Source: Streptococcus mitis (GTDB lineage: Bacteria; Bacillota; Bacilli; Lactobacillales; Streptococcaceae). Taken from it: 64,000 nucleotides of DNA. The position numbers were made by a program, and so were the translations under genes. Positions 38,780-48,281 of this stretch are shown here, one piece after another. Below the pieces are notes generated by a model. That model worked only from the letters and a program-made list of their open reading frames with translations. It ran no database searches and was not told the origin of the DNA. Positions within the stretch are counted from its first letter, which is position 1; each line of letters opens with the position of its first letter. Location of the stretch: the NCBI GenBank assembly GCA_032480835.1, contig JAWETZ010000004.1:27118-91117 (forward strand), written 5' to 3'.

Positions 38780-39509
38780 CTGAAACCTCCTCTTTTCTAC
38801 CAGCAAGGCTAAGGTAGATACTTTCCAAAGACTGGGCTGGATGGTCTTTCCTCAAGTCCTCTACACTACCACAATAAATCAAATGCCCCTTTTTCAAAAT
38901 GGCAATCCGATCACAGACTTGCTCGGCTACCTCTAGGACATGAGTTGAAAACAAGACCGTCTTCCCTTTTTGTGCATGTTCCTTCATCATCTGCTTCAAA
39001 TCAAAGGCAGCCTGGGGATCCAAACCAGTCAAGGGTTCGTCCAAGACCCAAATATCAGGATCAGACAAGAGTGCTCCGATGACAAAGACTTTCTGACGCA
39101 TTCCGTGAGAAAGGGTTTCAATAACCTGATAGCGGTTTTCAGCAAAATCAAAAACACTTAATAGCCTAGCTAGACTAGCCTCCAAGTCAGAGCTAGTCAG
39201 ATCATAGGATGAGGAGATCAATTCCCAAAATTCATTGGCTGTTAAACGCAAAAATAAGTCAGGCGAGTCTGCTACGTAGCCAATCTTTCGTTTGATCTCT
39301 AAGCGATTTTCCGATAAATCCTGACCGTCTACCAAAATACCGCCACTGCTGGGCGAAATGATACTGACTAAGGATTTTATGGTGGTCGATTTTCCAGCCC
39401 CATTATGACCAATCAAACCCATAATCTCCCCATTTTCAATCTGCAGATTGAGATTGCTCAAGGCCTCTTTATCACCATACAACTTACTAACATTTTGAAA
39501 TTCAATCAT
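38760..39509 (-). CDS. ABC transporter ATP-binding protein
   Basis: GHNGAGKST, LSHGMRQK, LDEPLTGLD. Confidence 0.93.
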   Translation of the reverse strand: MIEFQNVSKLYGDKEALSNLNLQIENGEIMGLIGHNGAGKSTTIKSLVSIISPSSGGILVDGQDLSENRLEIKRKIGYVADSPDLFLRLTANEFWELISSSYDLTSSDLEASLARLLSVFDFAENRYQVIETLSHGMRQKVFVIGALLSDPDIWVLDEPLTGLDPQAAFDLKQMMKEHAQKGKTVLFSTHVLEVAEQVCDRIAILKKGHLIYCGSVEDLRKDHPAQSLESIYLSLAGRKEEVSDASQGH

Positions 39510-39616
39510 GGGACAACTCCTATCTTTATCTATATTACATACTGTTATACTAGCACTTTGATACAAAAAAATCAACACTTTATTTTAAGTAGTTAAAATA
39601 TATTTATTCTATCTTA

Positions 39617-39630
39617 CGCAAACGTTTGCC
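39617..39630 (+). promoter_or_regulatory. MalR (LacI-family)-type operator upstream of alpha-amylase
   Basis: CGCAAACGTTTGCC palindrome upstream of amy; a CcpA cre site cannot be excluded. Confidence 0.65.
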
Positions 39631-39687
39631 CTAAAAGATACTTTATGATAGAATAAAGAACAAGATTGACAAGTAAGAGGAAACATC

Positions 39688-41142
39688 ATGCAAAATCAAA
39701 CACTCATGCAATACTTTGAATGGTATCTGCCCCACGACGGTCAGCACTGGACACGTCTAGCTGAAGATGCTCAACACCTAGCTAATCTCGGCATCAGTTA
39801 TGTCTGGATGCCACCAGCTTTTAAGGCTACCAACGAAAAAGATGTTGGCTATGGGGTTTATGACTTATTCGACCTAGGAGAGTTTAACCAAAAAGGAACT
39901 GTCCGCACCAAGTATGGCTTCAAAGAAGACTATCTTCAAGCTATTCAAGCCCTAAAAGCGCAGGGAATCCAGCCTATGGCCGATGTGGTACTCAATCACA
40001 AGGCTGCTGCTGATCACATGGAAGCCTTTCAGGTTATCGAAGTGGATCCTGAAGATCGTACAGTCGAACTCGGAGAACCCTTCACCATCAACGGCTGGAC
40101 TAGCTTTACCTTCGATGGTCGCCAAGATACCTATAATGACTTCCACTGGCACTGGTACCACTTCACAGGTACAGACTACGATGCCAAACGTCGTAAATCT
40201 GGGATTTATCTGATCCAGGGTGATAACAAGGGCTGGGCAAATGAGGAATTAGTCGATAACGAAAACGGAAACTACGACTATCTCATGTATGCTGACCTAG
40301 ACTTTAAACATCCTGAAGTCATCCAAAACATCTATGACTGGGCTGACTGGTTCATGGAAACCACTGGTGTAGCTGGTTTCCGCTTGGATGCCGTCAAACA
40401 TATCGATTCTTTCTTTATGGGCAATTTTATCCGCGATATGAAGGAAAAATACGGTGAGGATTTCTATGTTTTTGGTGAATTTTGGAATCCAGACAAGGAA
40501 GCCAATCTAGACTATCTTGAAAAAACAGAAGAACGCTTTGACCTTGTCGATGTTCGTCTCCACCAGAATCTCTTTGATGCTAGCCGAGCAGGTTCCGACT
40601 ATGACCTTCGTGGTATTTTTACAGATAGCTTGGTTGAACTCAAACCTGACAAGGCTGTAACCTTTGTCGACAATCACGATACCCAACGTGGTCAGGCTCT
40701 TGAGTCTACTGTTGAAGAATGGTTCAAACCAGCAGCCTATGCTCTCATTCTATTACGCCAAGATGGGCTTCCATGTGTCTTTTACGGAGATTACTACGGG
40801 ATTTCAGGGCAGTATGCTCAACAAGATTTCAAAGAAGTCCTTGACCGCCTCCTAACCATCCGAAAAGATTTGGCCTATGGAGAACAAAATGACTACTTTG
40901 ATGACCCTAACTGTATCGGTTGGGTACGTTCAGGTGCTGAACATCAATCACCAATCGCAGTCCTGATTTCAAACAACCAAGAAAACAGCAAGTCAATGTT
41001 TGTCGGCCAAGAATGGGCTAACCAAACCTTTGTAGATTTACTTGAAAACAACCAAGGTCAAATTACAATTGATGAGGAAGGTTATGGACAATTCCCAGTC
41101 TCAGCTGCTTCGGTAAGTGTCTGGGCAGCCAATACAATCTGA
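39688..41142 (+). CDS. amy: Cytoplasmic alpha-amylase (GH13)
   Basis: MQYFEW, DVVLNH, GFRLDAVKH, GEFW, FVDNHD; no signal peptide. Confidence 0.95.
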   Translation: MQNQTLMQYFEWYLPHDGQHWTRLAEDAQHLANLGISYVWMPPAFKATNEKDVGYGVYDLFDLGEFNQKGTVRTKYGFKEDYLQAIQALKAQGIQPMADVVLNHKAAADHMEAFQVIEVDPEDRTVELGEPFTINGWTSFTFDGRQDTYNDFHWHWYHFTGTDYDAKRRKSGIYLIQGDNKGWANEELVDNENGNYDYLMYADLDFKHPEVIQNIYDWADWFMETTGVAGFRLDAVKHIDSFFMGNFIRDMKEKYGEDFYVFGEFWNPDKEANLDYLEKTEERFDLVDVRLHQNLFDASRAGSDYDLRGIFTDSLVELKPDKAVTFVDNHDTQRGQALESTVEEWFKPAAYALILLRQDGLPCVFYGDYYGISGQYAQQDFKEVLDRLLTIRKDLAYGEQNDYFDDPNCIGWVRSGAEHQSPIAVLISNNQENSKSMFVGQEWANQTFVDLLENNQGQITIDEEGYGQFPVSAASVSVWAANTI

Positions 41143-41244
41143 TACTCTTCGGAAATCTCTTCAAACCGCGTCAACGTAGCCTTTCCGTACTCAAGTACAG
41201 CCTACGACAAGTTTCCTAGTTTACTCTTTGATTTTCATTGAGTA
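41143..41244 (-). repeat. BOX element (degenerate boxA-boxC type)
   Basis: BOX termini with several substitutions; begins right after the amy stop codon. Confidence 0.88.
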
Positions 41245-41337
41245 TAATAGCAAATGATAATCAAGCCAGGTCCAATCGGATTTGGCTTTTTTCTATTCAC
41301 AAAAAAGACCTACCCAAATGGATAGATCTTTATTTTC

Positions 41338-43956
41338 TTACAATTTACCTGCTACTGCATCCAACAATTCTTGGATCTTAGCTTGGTTGCTTCCTCCTGC
41401 CATGGCCATGTCTGGTTTACCACCACCACGTCCATCGACGATTGGTGCCAATTCTTTGACAAGGTTTCCTGCATGAAGGTCTTTTGTCTTACTTGCTACA
41501 AGGACATTGACTTTGTCACCGATAGCAGCAACAAGGACAAGAAGATCAGAGTAGTCTTTTTGTTTCCAGTTGTCCGCAAAAGTACGAAGGGCACCGGCAT
41601 CTGATACAGACACTTGGCTAGCGATATAACGGTGACCATTGACTTCCTTAACGTCCTTGAAGATATCGCCTGCGGCTGCAGCTGCGGCTTTTTCTTTCAA
41701 CTCAGCATTTTCTTTTTGAAGCTGACGAAGTTGTTCTTGGAGTCCTTCTACCTTGTGAGGGACTTCCTTGACTTGAGGTGCTTTAAGAGTTGCTGCGACA
41801 GCTTTAAGAGCGTCCTCTTGTTCACGGTAGGCTTCAAAGGCTTCCTTACCAGTTACTGCCAAGATACGACGAGTTCCTGAACCGATTCCTTCTTCTTTGA
41901 CAATCTTGAAAAGACCAATCTCAGAAGTGTTGCCAACGTGGGTACCACCACAAAGCTCGATAGAGTAATCACCGATAGTCACGACACGGACTTCTTTACC
42001 ATATTTCTCACCAAAGAGAGCCATAGCTCCCATTTCCTTGGCAGTGTCAATATCTGTTTCAACTGTCTTCACTTCAAGAGCTTCCCAGATTTTTTCGTTG
42101 ACTTGCTGCTCAATCGCACGCAATTCTTCTGCAGTTACTGCTTGGAAGTGGGTAAAGTCAAAGCGAAGGAATTCAACTTCGTTAAGAGATCCTGCTTGTG
42201 TCGCGTGGTTTCCAAGGATATTGTGAAGAGCAGCGTGAAGCAAGTGAGTCGCAGTGTGGTTTTTCATGACACGGTGACGACGATTTGTATCGATTGCCAA
42301 AGTATATTCTTGGTTCAAGGCAAGTGGGGCAAGGACTTCAACTGTATGAAGAGCTTGTCCGTTTGGTGCTTTTTGAACATTTGTGACAGTAGCCACGACC
42401 TTACCTGACTCATCCAAGATTTGTCCGTGGTCAGCGACCTGTCCACCCATTTCAGCATAGAATGGCGTTTCCGCAAAGATAAGTGAAGCAGTTCCTTCTG
42501 ACACAGCTTCTACTTCTGCATTGTCAGCTACGATAGCCACCAATTTAGAAGACAATTGGCTAGCATTGTAGTTGAAGACACTTTCTACAGTGATGTTTTG
42601 AAGGGTTTCATTTTGCATACCCATTGAGCCACCCTTAACAGCTGAGGCACGCGCGCGTTCTTGCTGTTCTTTCATGGCTGCTTCAAAACCTTCACGGTCT
42701 ACAGTCATACCAGCTTCTTCAGCGATTTCTTCAGTCAATTCAACTGGGAATCCATAAGTGTCATAAAGCTTGAAGACATCTGAACCAGCAATGACAGATT
42801 GACCTTTTTCTTTCAAGTCTGCTACGATGCCTTGGGCAAAGTGTTGACCTGAGTGAAGAGTACGAGCAAATGATTCTTCCTCACTCTTCACGATTTTTTC
42901 GATAAAGTCACATTTTTCAAGAACTTCTGGGTAGTAGCTTTCCATGATTTTTCCAACAGTTGGAACGAGTTTGTAAAGGAAAGGCTCGTTGATACCCAAT
43001 TTTTGACCATGCATAGACGCACGACGAAGGAGACGACGAAGGACATAACCACGACCTTCATTTCCTGGAAGGGCACCATCGCCGATAGCAAATGAAAGGG
43101 AACGGATGTGGTCAGCAATAACCTTAAAGCTCATGTTGTCGCCATCCTGGTCATAGACCTTACCAGACAATTTCTCCACTTCACGAATGATTGGCATGAA
43201 GAGGTCCGTTTCAAAGTTTGTCTTAGCCCCTTGGATAACCGCCACCAAACGCTCCAAACCAGCGCCCGTATCAATGTTCTTGTGTGGTAATTCCTTGTAT
43301 TCGCTACGAGGAAGAGCAGGGTCTGCGTTAAATTGTGACAAAACGATGTTCCAGATTTCGATATAACGGTCATTTTCGATATCTTCTGCAAGGAGGCGAA
43401 GACCGATATTTTCTGGGTCAAAGGCTTCCCCACGGTCAAAGAAAATCTCTGTATCAGGTCCAGAAGGTCCTGCACCGATTTCCCAGAAGTTGTCCTCGAT
43501 TGGAATCAAGTGACTTGGATCTACTCCCACTTCAATCCAGCGGTTGTATGAATCTTTATCAGCTGGATAGTAGGTCATGTAAAGTTTTTCAGCAGGAAAG
43601 TCAAACCATTCAGGGCTTGTCAAAAGCTCATAAGCCCAAGTGATGGCTTCATCACGGAAGTAATCCCCGATAGAGAAGTTCCCCAACATTTCAAACATGG
43701 TATGGTGACGTGCAGTCTTCCCTACGTTCTCGATATCGTTGGTACGAATAGCCTTTTGGGCATTGGTAATACGTGGATTTTCAGGGATGATGGTCCCGTC
43801 AAAGTATTTCTTAAGGGTTGCTACCCCAGAGTTAATCCACAAAAGAGTTGGGTCATTTACAGGAACCAAACTTACTGATGGTTCTACTGAGTGACCTTTG
43901 GTCGCCCAGAAATCAAGCCACATTTGGCGTACTTGTGCACTAGATAGTTGTTTCAT
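41338..43956 (-). CDS. alaS: Alanine--tRNA ligase
   Basis: [45 protein letters not shown]. Confidence 0.98.
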   Translation of the reverse strand: MKQLSSAQVRQMWLDFWATKGHSVEPSVSLVPVNDPTLLWINSGVATLKKYFDGTIIPENPRITNAQKAIRTNDIENVGKTARHHTMFEMLGNFSIGDYFRDEAITWAYELLTSPEWFDFPAEKLYMTYYPADKDSYNRWIEVGVDPSHLIPIEDNFWEIGAGPSGPDTEIFFDRGEAFDPENIGLRLLAEDIENDRYIEIWNIVLSQFNADPALPRSEYKELPHKNIDTGAGLERLVAVIQGAKTNFETDLFMPIIREVEKLSGKVYDQDGDNMSFKVIADHIRSLSFAIGDGALPGNEGRGYVLRRLLRRASMHGQKLGINEPFLYKLVPTVGKIMESYYPEVLEKCDFIEKIVKSEEESFARTLHSGQHFAQGIVADLKEKGQSVIAGSDVFKLYDTYGFPVELTEEIAEEAGMTVDREGFEAAMKEQQERARASAVKGGSMGMQNETLQNITVESVFNYNASQLSSKLVAIVADNAEVEAVSEGTASLIFAETPFYAEMGGQVADHGQILDESGKVVATVTNVQKAPNGQALHTVEVLAPLALNQEYTLAIDTNRRHRVMKNHTATHLLHAALHNILGNHATQAGSLNEVEFLRFDFTHFQAVTAEELRAIEQQVNEKIWEALEVKTVETDIDTAKEMGAMALFGEKYGKEVRVVTIGDYSIELCGGTHVGNTSEIGLFKIVKEEGIGSGTRRILAVTGKEAFEAYREQEDALKAVAATLKAPQVKEVPHKVEGLQEQLRQLQKENAELKEKAAAAAAGDIFKDVKEVNGHRYIASQVSVSDAGALRTFADNWKQKDYSDLLVLVAAIGDKVNVLVASKTKDLHAGNLVKELAPIVDGRGGGKPDMAMAGGSNQAKIQELLDAVAGKL

Positions 43957-43977
43957 ATTGTCTCCTTATTTACTTGT

Positions 43978-44463
43978 TTAATGTGATTGGCTTTCCAGCA
44001 TTTCCACATAGTCAATCGCGACACAGAGGGAAATGACTAGGTCTGCATAAGCGTCCTCCTGAACCGTTACGGTATAGGTAGAGGTCAGATGGAAGAGTTC
44101 CTTCTTAATTTCAGCAATCAGCTGATCGCGATCATCCAGCAATTTGAAATCCAAATCCCAGACATTGCCCTCGATACGAAGACCTAAATTATCAAACTCA
44201 TACTTATCTCGCCAGAAGGTCAACTTCTTACGAATGACAAAACTCGAGCCATCCCTAAGCTGAATCTCAAAACGAGGAAGCAAGGTCAAGATTTCTTTAC
44301 TGATCTGACCGACATGTTCACCATTAGCATCATAGATGGTAAAAGTTTTGGGAATCTTAAAAAATGATCCCTCCACCTGATAGGCGATTTCTCCCCTGTC
44401 ATCCTTGATAGCGAAGCGTTCGCCTCCAAAACGAAACTTTTGTTTGACAAGAAATGTTTTCAT
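43978..44463 (-). CDS. LURP-one-related/scramblase family protein
   Basis: F.I.D..G...Y.VEG pattern, LCVAID C-terminus; GGAGG RBS. Confidence 0.82.
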   Translation of the reverse strand: MKTFLVKQKFRFGGERFAIKDDRGEIAYQVEGSFFKIPKTFTIYDANGEHVGQISKEILTLLPRFEIQLRDGSSFVIRKKLTFWRDKYEFDNLGLRIEGNVWDLDFKLLDDRDQLIAEIKKELFHLTSTYTVTVQEDAYADLVISLCVAIDYVEMLESQSH

Positions 44464-44471
44464 CAACACCT

Positions 44472-44662
44472 CCAAAAAATCAAAAGACAAGCTCATATCA
44501 CGAAGGGCGAAAAACCGCGGTACCACCTTCATTCAATGAACTTGTCATTCTCTTATTTTTATTATGCAATTGTTAAATTGAGTAGCATGAGTTTCTAGCT
44601 TAGATGGCTCGCAGCACCGCCATTTCTCTGGACTAAGACAAGTGAAAATCAATTCTCAACTT
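44472..44662 (-). promoter_or_regulatory. T-box riboswitch (Ala) upstream of the LURP-alaS operon
   Basis: Minus strand AGAGA/GGTGCTGCGA stem I motifs, AAGGTGGTACCGCG T-box, terminator with U tract; candidate GCU specifier at 44586-44584. Confidence 0.88.
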
Positions 44663-44833
44663 TCTTATTATAACGTTTTTTTAAGCTTGCGTCAACTGGA
44701 AATCATCTTAACTAATAGTAGTGAGGTAGGAGTGAAGACCTTTTAAAAATTTAACTACTAGTTTCGAAATGTAAGTAGTAATATTTAATTTATTTCTAAA
44801 ACCTTTCTATCTAGCATAGCCCTCCAGCGCTGT

Positions 44834-45139
44834 TTAGTATGTACCCCCTATACTGATAAGATTCCACTCAGAGTAGCTTATCTTGAACAATTTTGGGGAT
44901 TTTGTGTCTTCGTCATACACTACGAGATAGTGCCCTTCATCATTCCAAAACTTGCCCAATACCTCAGCGTCTTTCAGTTCCACTTTCTGGTTCATATAGT
45001 CGCTTTTATACTCAATTTGTGGTGCATCTTTTACCCCAGCAGTAGAAAAACTACTACCAATAAAGATAAAAGCATAAAACAGCACCACAGCAATTCCCAA
45101 GAATTTAAAGATTTTATAATTTGTATTATTGTTTTCCAT
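44834..45139 (-). CDS. Small hypothetical membrane-anchored protein
   Basis: 101 aa, one N-terminal hydrophobic segment, AAAGGA RBS. Confidence 0.7.
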   Translation of the reverse strand: MENNNTNYKIFKFLGIAVVLFYAFIFIGSSFSTAGVKDAPQIEYKSDYMNQKVELKDAEVLGKFWNDEGHYLVVYDEDTKSPKLFKISYSEWNLISIGGTY

Positions 45140-45211
45140 GTTAGTATATTCCTTTTCTTTCTGTTTTGTGTTTTCTTAAATCCAAAGGGGGAAAAATACT
45201 CCCTTATCCCA

Positions 45212-46357
45212 CTAGATCATTAAGCTAACTTTTTCAATCACTTCTTGGATCTCATCTAGCGATACTAGAAACCATTCTTTAGGGACAAAGCTCTCTCCAT
45301 TTGGTGCTATTAATTCCATATCTAACTGCTTGTCTGCAAAATAATGATGAAGAGTCGTTTCTAATTTTCGAGCGCTGAAATTTTGAACCTCAAAACTAGC
45401 TACTAAACGGACAGGAGCATAAAGATAGGTTCCTTCTCTTTCTGCATTTGCTAACCGTTTTTCAATTCGATCCTGTGTAAAACCGATTTTATAGAGATTA
45501 CGGATGTTGGCAATTTGAGGATGGCTACTCAAGGATTTTACTACATAGATATATCCAGTTGTAATTCGTTCGCTTGGACTGATACCAGTCATCACATCTT
45601 CTATCAATTCTGTTACCATTCGTCCATGGCGCGTTCTATCGTGCAGATTAGATACAAAAGAGCGGAGTAAGGCCTTCTTATTTTCTGTACCATTTTCATA
45701 TACGAGATGAAGTTCAGCATTAGTATAACCATTCTTATCAGTGAAGTCTTCTCCTTTAGAAACAACATAAACCATTACTCCATTATCCACATAGAACATA
45801 TCAGGTTTAATTTCTTTTTCTTTTATCACATCAGACTTTCTGACTTGACGACGACCTTCACTAATTTCATCATGAACACGAGTAAATAATCCCTGATAAT
45901 CTTCAAAATTTCCCATCCGTTTACGTGTTCGTGTTTTATCCCGCGCTTGAATCGTTCGTTTATAACGTGAGACATCAAATAAAGATTTCTCAGCACTATT
46001 CACTGACTCAAACAATTCATCTGATAAAATATCTGTTAAACTAGCAGGACTTGAAATAGGGGGCTCGGACTCAACTATATCTATTTTTAGTAGCCCAAAT
46101 TCATCATAAGGTTCTAACTTTCGGATGCTATCAGGAGATTTTCTAATACCATTCAATCGAGAAAATAAACTGCGTTCTTTAATATTTCTAGACTTTTGTG
46201 GCTCTTGCCCATTATTTTCTCTCACCCAATCTATGATTTCTAAAAATTTCTCCACTTCGTGATCTATAACTATTTTTTTCATAGGTTTTAAAGGAGCTAT
46301 TAAATGTTCAAAATCAGAATCATTAAAAATGTCATTTAAGTTTTTGAAATCATTCAT
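45212..46357 (-). CDS. GIY-YIG/T5orf172-domain nuclease (YeeC-like)
   Basis: C-terminal GYIYV...LYKIGFT...EKRL...LETTLH...EWF signature. Confidence 0.82.
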   Translation of the reverse strand: MNDFKNLNDIFNDSDFEHLIAPLKPMKKIVIDHEVEKFLEIIDWVRENNGQEPQKSRNIKERSLFSRLNGIRKSPDSIRKLEPYDEFGLLKIDIVESEPPISSPASLTDILSDELFESVNSAEKSLFDVSRYKRTIQARDKTRTRKRMGNFEDYQGLFTRVHDEISEGRRQVRKSDVIKEKEIKPDMFYVDNGVMVYVVSKGEDFTDKNGYTNAELHLVYENGTENKKALLRSFVSNLHDRTRHGRMVTELIEDVMTGISPSERITTGYIYVVKSLSSHPQIANIRNLYKIGFTQDRIEKRLANAEREGTYLYAPVRLVASFEVQNFSARKLETTLHHYFADKQLDMELIAPNGESFVPKEWFLVSLDEIQEVIEKVSLMI

Positions 46358-48281
46358 TACCGCTCTCCATCTTCAGCTTCATCTGAGACAATTGTAACAA
46401 AGCATACGCAAGTCTCTGTTCGTACTTATCGTGACTTGATTTATCTGGATGACGACCATTTTCATTTAAAAATTGCTTAATTTGAGGATAAAGAATTAAC
46501 AGTTCTTCTTCAGAAAACTCCATCTTCTGACCATCCATATAGTCTTGTATTAGACGCAGAGTCGGAGCATCAATTTCACGTGATATAACTTCGTAAGCTC
46601 TCTGGAAAGGATTAATCTGATCAATTAAATCAATAGATAACTCATCAATATTCACAAATTTATCTGCCATTTTTAGAAAGTCTGTTTGCCCTACTCCCTC
46701 TTTCCGTTCAGCTGATTGAACTACCGATTGACTAATAAACTGTTGACGAACTTCTTCAACTTCAGCCCCACTTAAGTCAGGATAGATTTGTTTAATGATG
46801 GCTGGAATCATCTGCTTATTAATGACTTCTGCATCCGTTCCCGCAGCAATTGCAGTTTGGATACGCGGTTCTTGCAATATACTAGCACGTAAGTCATTCA
46901 AATCATTTTCTATGATATCCTTTGTTCTCTGTGTACTAGGCTCTTTTAAGCCTTTAACGAATATTTCGGCACCAGAAGATTTCTGGTCTTCTCGGTCTTT
47001 TCGTTTGAACTTGAAATTTGGCGCTAAAACAGACTCCATCAATAGACTAGCTGTAATGGCCTTCATAACATTATTCACAGCAAAGAAAACTTCATCATCT
47101 TGAGCATCTGGTTGAGAAATGAGATTGGTAAATTGAGCGTGTGACTTATTGGAACTATCGCGTGTTACTCGACCTATAATCTGAACAATTTCTGTTAGCG
47201 ACTGACGATAGCCAATCGTCAAAGCATACTCAGCATAAGGCCAGTCAAAACCTTCTTTAGCCATACCAAGTGCGATAATGATATCGAGATCATCTAAACT
47301 GGTCATTTTGTTTAGGTAATCCTGTACTTTTTCACGTCCTTCTTCTGTGACAAGGTCTGCAACTTTCAATACACGACCTGTTTCCTCAGTAACTAACCAT
47401 AATCCAGTCTTAGGATCTGGAACTGCTTGCCCTAGTTCATCTAAAATTCGGTCAACTTCATCATACTTATCCTTGGTTGATTCACCTGAGTTTACATTGG
47501 GAATATGAATGATAGTTTTCTTACTCGTGTCCAGTACTTCGTGCAAGGCATCTGTGTAACGACCACGATAAAAGTTATAACCCATGGCAAAACTTTTCAG
47601 ATATTTGTACCCCTCCAACTGTTCATAATAAGTATAGGATACCTTATCAAATTTTTGCTCATCTTCAGGTGCCAAAATGGGTACAGAATCTCCACGGAAA
47701 TAAGACCCTGTCATAGCTACTACATGGGCTGTTGAATTGGCTAATATGTTTCTTAAGGCATTTCCTAAAACTGAATTATCATCTTGAGATACATGATGAA
47801 ATTCATCGATAGCTAGAAGAACATCATTAAAATCACTATCAGCTAGCTGTTCAAAGGCAAAACGCAAGGTGGCATGCGTACAGATTAAAGCTCTATCATC
47901 AGGAGACTCTGAATGCATAAAGTCTACAAACTGTTTTACCTTACTTTTACTGCTCCCTTGTTCAGTCAAATTATTTTTGGGAAGAACTTCCCAATCCCAG
48001 TAAAAACCATAATCTGTCAATTTTGTTGAACGAAACGATTTTCCAATAGATCTTTCTGGAACAGCTATAATAGCTTTTTTCAGACCTTGAGCATGTAATT
48101 TATCAAGAGCAATAAACATCAAAGCTCTCGACTTACCAGATGCAGGAGGCGCCTTAATCAATAAGTGTTGAGAAGTTCTCTTAGCATATACCCGCTCCTG
48201 CATTTCACGCATACCAAGTGCATTATTTGATTGACTAGCACCTGTACCATTGTAATTAATTTCAAATATATTTGAGGTCAT
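46350..48281 (-). CDS. SF2 DEAD/DEAH-type helicase/ATPase (YeeB-like)
   Basis: APPASGKS, IDEFHH, MTGS, KEGFD, QIIGRVTR. Confidence 0.85.
   Translation of the reverse strand: MTSNIFEINYNGTGASQSNNALGMREMQERVYAKRTSQHLLIKAPPASGKSRALMFIALDKLHAQGLKKAIIAVPERSIGKSFRSTKLTDYGFYWDWEVLPKNNLTEQGSSKSKVKQFVDFMHSESPDDRALICTHATLRFAFEQLADSDFNDVLLAIDEFHHVSQDDNSVLGNALRNILANSTAHVVAMTGSYFRGDSVPILAPEDEQKFDKVSYTYYEQLEGYKYLKSFAMGYNFYRGRYTDALHEVLDTSKKTIIHIPNVNSGESTKDKYDEVDRILDELGQAVPDPKTGLWLVTEETGRVLKVADLVTEEGREKVQDYLNKMTSLDDLDIIIALGMAKEGFDWPYAEYALTIGYRQSLTEIVQIIGRVTRDSSNKSHAQFTNLISQPDAQDDEVFFAVNNVMKAITASLLMESVLAPNFKFKRKDREDQKSSGAEIFVKGLKEPSTQRTKDIIENDLNDLRASILQEPRIQTAIAAGTDAEVINKQMIPAIIKQIYPDLSGAEVEEVRQQFISQSVVQSAERKEGVGQTDFLKMADKFVNIDELSIDLIDQINPFQRAYEVISREIDAPTLRLIQDYMDGQKMEFSEEELLILYPQIKQFLNENGRHPDKSSHDKYEQRLAYALLQLSQMKLKMESGNE

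Noticed and set aside
44785..44825. GGAGG followed by ATG (MLDRKVLEIN*) after the 101-aa gene, minus strand
   Set aside because: SD-start spacing is only 3 nt and the ORF is 10 codons; at most a truncated remnant.
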